From positions 1,466 to 65,465 of the forward strand of contig VFJK01000031.1 in the NCBI GenBank assembly GCA_009886125.1: a stretch of DNA of 64,000 nt, given 5' to 3'. The translations under genes and the position numbers were made by a program. This document shows positions 59,510 through 64,000 of the stretch, one piece after another (the first letter of the stretch is position 1; the number at the start of each line of letters is the position of its first letter). Below the pieces are notes generated by a model. It did not search any database. It worked only from the letters and a program-made list of their open reading frames with translations, and was not told the origin of the DNA. The DNA is from Geobacter sp. Its GTDB lineage: Bacteria; Desulfobacterota; Desulfuromonadia; Geobacterales; DSM-12255.

Positions 59510-60301
59510 CTACATGAGTAATCGTGTCAGAATATAGTCTGCAACAAGTATCAACATAAATGACCAGACAACTGATCTTGTAGTGGAGCGTGCAATCCCT
59601 CTGGGACCGCCGCTTGTTGTAAACCCGATATAACAGCATACGAGGGCAATAATCCCGCCAAACGTTACTGCTTTGATAAGGCCTATGCCGATCTCTTTCA
59701 GTTTAAGCGCTTCGTTAAGACTGTCGTAATATATCCAGTACGAAACGAAAATCTGGGGATGAAGGTTACTTATCAGTGCCCCGCCTGCAATCCCGACCAG
59801 GTCAGAGTAGATAACCAGCGCCGGCAAGCAGATCAGGCAGGCAATGAGTCGTGGCATTGCAAGATATCTGACAGGGTGGATGTCGAGGGTTTTGAGGGCA
59901 TCTATCTCTTCATAAACCTTCATAACCCCGATCTCTGCAGCCATAGCCGAACCTGCTCTGCCGGCGACGAGAAAGCTCGTCATTACCGGACCAAGCTCTC
60001 TTACCATTGAATGACCTACAATCGCACCGATAATGTTCTGGCCGCCGTATTTGTTCAGTTCTACTCCGGTCTGGAGAGCAAGAACCATCCCTACGAAAAA
60101 AGCCATTACCGATGCGACGGGAAGTGTTTCATAGCCGATAATCATCATCTGGGTAGCAATGCTGTGCAGGTTTCGCGGTGCTTCGCGAAAAAAATAGAGT
60201 GTCTGCCAAAGGAGAATAAGCATCTCTCCTATAGTAGTCAGGAATATATTTATTTTCTTGCCGATGAATTCAAAGATTCTATTCAATGAGCACTCTCTCA
60301 A
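59510..60301 (-). CDS. MlaE-type ABC transporter permease
   Basis: The pattern MlaE/Ttg2B (GYETLPV...VGMVLALQ...GAIVGHSMVRELGPVMT...EIDAL). The TTG start overlaps the upstream stop (TTGA). Confidence 0.88.
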   Translation of the reverse strand: MRECSLNRIFEFIGKKINIFLTTIGEMLILLWQTLYFFREAPRNLHSIATQMMIIGYETLPVASVMAFFVGMVLALQTGVELNKYGGQNIIGAIVGHSMVRELGPVMTSFLVAGRAGSAMAAEIGVMKVYEEIDALKTLDIHPVRYLAMPRLIACLICLPALVIYSDLVGIAGGALISNLHPQIFVSYWIYYDSLNEALKLKEIGIGLIKAVTFGGIIALVCCYIGFTTSGGPRGIARSTTRSVVWSFMLILVADYILTRLLM

Positions 60302-61782
60302 TCTTTCTGAGGCGCAGGTGTGACCTGCCAGCTAAAGTCGAAGGGGATCCAGAAAAGTGATAAAGCGTGTCTGTCGCCGGTTTCTGTGTAATTGATGAGT
60401 CCTTTTAATATTTGTATTTCATTGAATGATGCAGCTGCTCTGTATCTGAAAAGAGGGAACAGTTCAAGGCCGATAGCTTCTTTGCTCTTGTCGTGCCAGT
60501 ACAGGTTCCAGCATATTGAAAGTGACGAGTCGCCACTGTTATTCCATTTATGAAGATAAATCCGCCATAGAGGTGCCCAGAGGTTCTCTATGCCTATTTT
60601 GTCAAGAATAGGTTCAACAGGTGCAGGCATTGAAAGAGAACTCTCTCCGTCAGTATTTCTATTATACAGGAATAAAGGCCACAGCGCAGTCCGTTGGCGC
60701 TCTTTGTCATCCTGAGCCCAACTTTCTACTTTATTCGAGAAGAGGAAAAAGAGCACCTTCTCCCTTTTCTGCCGATATTGAGGTGACTGCATGGTATCGG
60801 TCTCGAAGATGGGCCAGATATACCAGGTTTTTGTATAATCCTCCTTAACATCTTCAGAGTAAAAAGGAAGAAACCTGATAACATTATGCTTTTTACCTGA
60901 TATCGTCAACCAGAATGGCCAGAAGTAGTCTCTTTCCTTCTCATCTGTCCTGTCATCATCCGAGTAACCGAAAAAAGGCCATATCCAGGTGCGCGATGTA
61001 ACATGCGGTGCGTCATATGAGGCGTAGAGGGGGAGGAGAGAGAATCTCTCTGAGATTTCATTGACACCGACGACTCGTTTTTCTTTAGAAAAAAACGGCC
61101 AGAGGAAAAACATGCTGCTGTATGAACCCTCTTTTGCCGCCTGTCCGTAGAGCGGCCATATCCGGAACCCCGACTCGTTTTCTCCTGCGGTTATAGAGAA
61201 GAATGGCCAGAGGAAATTGTAGTTTGTGGTGTTGTTTAATACTGTTCTTCCATACAGGGGAAAAAGAAAATAGTGATATTCGTCTCTCCAGAACCGTTCA
61301 TAGATATCACCGTAAAGAGGGAACAGCGATATGTAGGAGCCATACTTTTTTGACTCCCCGGATATGAGAAACGGGAAGATCATGAACTGTTGTTCTTTCT
61401 CTTTCGCCTCATTTTTGCGGTAGATATTCTTCTGAAGAAGCTGGAGAATCTCGAAACGGCTGACATCCGGAGTTGTTTCTGCTGAGGCCAGGGGGAAAAG
61501 GTAGTAGGAGTAGCTTCTTGTTGAACTGCTGTCCTGTGAGTTGTGGAAAAGGGGCCTGAATGAACTGATCTTGTCTTCCGGCGAGTTTTCAAAAGTCAAT
61601 AATGGGCCGAGTATTGAGAGCCTGGAAGATTTCTTTACAGCATCCTTACGGTAGTCTACGAGGGGCCAGAACGTAAAAATATCCCCGGGAGGTTCGGTGT
61701 TCAGCCCGGTAGCTGCACACACCTGATTGACCGGTTTAAGAAGGAAGGTCAGGGCAATTATCGTTAGTACGATTTTCAGCAA
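60298..61782 (-). CDS. Secreted repeat protein with ~19 [FWL]P[LFI][FY] aromatic-Pro motifs; unknown family
   Basis: Signal peptide (LLKPVNQVCA/A). Recurring motifs include FWPLVDY, LFPLYG, LWPFFS, IWPLYG, IWPFFGY, FWPFW, LWPLFLY and LFPLFRY. Confidence 0.7.
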   Translation of the reverse strand: MLKIVLTIIALTFLLKPVNQVCAATGLNTEPPGDIFTFWPLVDYRKDAVKKSSRLSILGPLLTFENSPEDKISSFRPLFHNSQDSSSTRSYSYYLFPLASAETTPDVSRFEILQLLQKNIYRKNEAKEKEQQFMIFPFLISGESKKYGSYISLFPLYGDIYERFWRDEYHYFLFPLYGRTVLNNTTNYNFLWPFFSITAGENESGFRIWPLYGQAAKEGSYSSMFFLWPFFSKEKRVVGVNEISERFSLLPLYASYDAPHVTSRTWIWPFFGYSDDDRTDEKERDYFWPFWLTISGKKHNVIRFLPFYSEDVKEDYTKTWYIWPIFETDTMQSPQYRQKREKVLFFLFSNKVESWAQDDKERQRTALWPLFLYNRNTDGESSLSMPAPVEPILDKIGIENLWAPLWRIYLHKWNNSGDSSLSICWNLYWHDKSKEAIGLELFPLFRYRAAASFNEIQILKGLINYTETGDRHALSLFWIPFDFSWQVTPAPQKD

Positions 61783-61883
61783 ATGATCATCCGATAATGA
61801 GTATTAAAGCAAATAACAATATATGCTAAAAATGTGATGTGTCAAACAGGAAAGACAGGATTGACGGGAGCTGAAGGCTGGAT

Positions 61884-63875
61884 CTATTTTTCGGTAAGTC
61901 GCGTGATCTTATCCGGGTCACATTCGGTAATGACCGATTTTTCATCAAAGCGAAGCTGTTGGATGGAAAATACGCCGACCGGATTATCCTTTCCTTTGAC
62001 AATGACTCTTTCCAGACCGGTTATATCCAGGCCGGGAAGCGAGCCGTCAGCGATTCCCGGACGAAGTGCGTCAACAGTGTATTCTGTTATAAGGATGGGG
62101 ACATCATACCTTCGGGTTAGGCCCTCAACCCGTGCACCGAGATTTACGTGGTCGCCGATAACCGTATAGTCCATCTTCTGCCCTTCAGCCCCGATGTTCC
62201 CGACGATTGCTTCGCCGGTATTAATCCCGATTCCGGAGTAAAGCGGTTCCCTGCCATCAGCTTCCCATGTCAATTTTAGTTCCGCGAGCCGGCGCTGCAT
62301 CTCCAGTGCACAGCGGACTGCGCGTTCAGCATGGTCCTCCTGTTTCATCGGGGCTCCCCAGAAAACGACGATAGCGTCACCGATGAACTTGTCGAGAATG
62401 CCTTCCCATTTGAGGACAATCCTGGTCATCTCTCCAAGATATTCGTTAAGGATCGCAACGACCTCCTCAGGCTTGTGATTCTCTGAGTAGGTGGTAAAAC
62501 CCTGCACATCGGAGAAGAGGACGGTGATCTCTCTCTTTTCCCCTCCCAGCCGTGCCATTTCCGGGTTTTTGATCATTTCATTGACGAGCCGCTCAGTGAC
62601 ATAACTGGAAAACATTGCTCTGATCTGCCGGGATTGTCTCTCTTCAGTAAGAAGTTTGAATACTGTCCCGACGGCTACAAGCACGATCAGGTTTGCCGTC
62701 GGAGTCGCAAAATTCAGCCAGATATCATGCTGTATCAGAAGATAACAGGTGAGGAAAAAATAGGATGCAATCAATCCAAAGCCCAGGAGAACACCTGGTG
62801 TAGCCTTGAGTCTCGGCAGAAAAAAAACCAGGATCAATCCGGTGATCAGAATCACTGCCAGTTCAGCCAGCCCCGGGCTTTTGGTTATAAAGTCATTGTT
62901 CAGGATGTTGTGTATAACAGTTGCGTTCTTCTCGACACCGGGGAAATTTGCCGAGAACGGGGTGACCTTCTGATCGAAAGTCGCGAGTGCTGATGTGCCG
63001 ACCAGTATGATCCTGTCTTTGAGCAGAGCCGGACGAACCCTGCCTTTCAGGATGTCACCTGCGGAGATGTGCTCGAAGCTCTTCTCCTTGCCTCGATAAT
63101 TTATGATAACTCTGCCGGAAATGTCAGTTTTTATGAAACTCGTGCCGAACTGAATTCCAGACCCTCCGTACAGCAGAGTCTCTTTCATCGGCAGTGATCT
63201 GGCTATTCTCGCGACCTGAAGAGGAAGGGACGGGTAACAGTCATCTCCGTAGTTCACATACATGATGTCCCAGCGAAGGACGCCGTCCATATCCGGCATA
63301 TTTGTTACATGTCCCAGTGTTGCCGCTTTTGCAATAACATCAATCGGCGGGTTCACTTTTTCCGGCTTGACAGCCCATCTTTTCCAGTCAATGCCGGGTA
63401 CGGAATTGACCTCCATGAAAGCAGAGTCCCAGAGAAAGTCCGGGGCAGTAAGCGTTTCATCCTGACTTTTTTCAGTATCCTCCGTAAGAAATGCGGTTGC
63501 CTGGACAACATTCCCGGCTTTTTTAATAGCAGCGGCGAGTTTGTTGTCCGCCTTTGCGCTCTCCGGTTCCGAGTACATAATATCTATGCCGATAGCTTTA
63601 GGCCTGCCGGAAGAGATCTTGCTGACAAGTTCACCCTGTACAGCTCTTGACCAGGGCCAGCGACCTATTTCAGCGATGCTCTTTTCATCGATAGCAACAA
63701 TTGCTATCTCTTTTGTCGAAGGCTGTTTTTCGATGAGGTTCCGGAGGTGGAGCCGGATATCCAGGGTTTTGCTCTCGATATGTTCGCGGATAAAGACCGG
63801 ATCGAAAAAATGGATCAGGAGAAAGCAGAAGATAGAGAACGATGCCAGCAGATAAAAGGGGAGGTATTTTTTCAT
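61884..63875 (-). CDS. CHASE2-domain class III adenylate/guanylate cyclase
   Basis: N-terminal TM helix plus a periplasmic CHASE2-like region, three TM helices, and a cyclase domain (ITVLFSDVQGFTTYSE, GDAIVVFWGAP, GINTGEAIVGNIG). Confidence 0.9.
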   Translation of the reverse strand: MKKYLPFYLLASFSIFCFLLIHFFDPVFIREHIESKTLDIRLHLRNLIEKQPSTKEIAIVAIDEKSIAEIGRWPWSRAVQGELVSKISSGRPKAIGIDIMYSEPESAKADNKLAAAIKKAGNVVQATAFLTEDTEKSQDETLTAPDFLWDSAFMEVNSVPGIDWKRWAVKPEKVNPPIDVIAKAATLGHVTNMPDMDGVLRWDIMYVNYGDDCYPSLPLQVARIARSLPMKETLLYGGSGIQFGTSFIKTDISGRVIINYRGKEKSFEHISAGDILKGRVRPALLKDRIILVGTSALATFDQKVTPFSANFPGVEKNATVIHNILNNDFITKSPGLAELAVILITGLILVFFLPRLKATPGVLLGFGLIASYFFLTCYLLIQHDIWLNFATPTANLIVLVAVGTVFKLLTEERQSRQIRAMFSSYVTERLVNEMIKNPEMARLGGEKREITVLFSDVQGFTTYSENHKPEEVVAILNEYLGEMTRIVLKWEGILDKFIGDAIVVFWGAPMKQEDHAERAVRCALEMQRRLAELKLTWEADGREPLYSGIGINTGEAIVGNIGAEGQKMDYTVIGDHVNLGARVEGLTRRYDVPILITEYTVDALRPGIADGSLPGLDITGLERVIVKGKDNPVGVFSIQQLRFDEKSVITECDPDKITRLTEK

Positions 63876-64000
63876 TGACCCGGCACACCGATATTGATAT
63901 TGACCCTTCTTGGCTGAGCAATCGGCTGCTGAACGATCGGCGGTGTGCTGGGGATCGAAGGCGCCGTCGGAGCAGTTATCATCGGAAGAGGTGCAGACTG
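63872..64000 (-). CDS. 3' end of a Pro-rich ORF that continues beyond the window
   Basis: Hand translation gives ...QSAPLPMITAPTAPSIPSTPPIVQQPIAQPRRVNINIGVPGQ*. Its stop overlaps the cyclase ATG (ATGA). Confidence 0.35.
   Translation of the reverse strand, partial: QSAPLPMITAPTAPSIPSTPPIVQQPIAQPRRVNINIGVPGQ

Overview
The 64-kb window looks like a chromosomal segment from a Desulfuromonadales-like (Geobacter/Pelobacter/Desulfuromonas-type) deltaproteobacterium. That placement is an inference from gene order and repeat families, not a database hit. All calls rest on reading the ORF translations and DNA motifs by eye; no homology search, HMM, folding or GC computation was run.

Most of the window is dense housekeeping DNA:
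- polA, corA, and a dusB(nifR3)-ntrB-ntrC-like operon.
- An iron cluster (fur, feoB, DtxR/FeoA-type regulator, porin) with three Fur-box-like sites.
- The kdsB-pyrG-kdsA-kdsD-kdsC-lptC-lptA-lptB-rpoN-hpf-ptsN-hprK-rapZ-EIIA-ptsH-ptsI block, then metK.
- ilvD-ilvB-ilvN-ilvC-psd-pssA, and a T-box-controlled leuA.

No rRNA, tRNA, CRISPR array, transposase or prophage gene was seen.

The most interesting region is 39.2-48.6 kb. A two-component system lies next to a six-gene cluster that combines Arn-type lipid-carrier glycosyltransferases (an ArnC-like GT2 and an ArnT-like GT-C) with an NDP-hexose 2,3-dehydratase, a ketoreductase-type oxidoreductase, an aminotransferase and a methyltransferase. 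This predicts an envelope decoration with a 2-deoxy(amino)sugar. The ArnT-like gene is split by a +1 frameshift at T6/T9 homopolymer runs, which could be a phase-variation switch, a pseudogene or a sequencing error.

The second candidate is a translationally coupled minus-strand operon at 57.5-61.8 kb. It encodes a secreted protein with about 19 [FWL]P[LFI][FY] repeats, MlaE, MlaD and a carotenoid-synthesis-like membrane protein, with no ABC ATPase.

Other observations: four intergenic repeat or palindromic element types (two possibly MITE-like), two small ORFs missing from the ORF track, and a DAC-fold-like protein with degenerate catalytic motifs.
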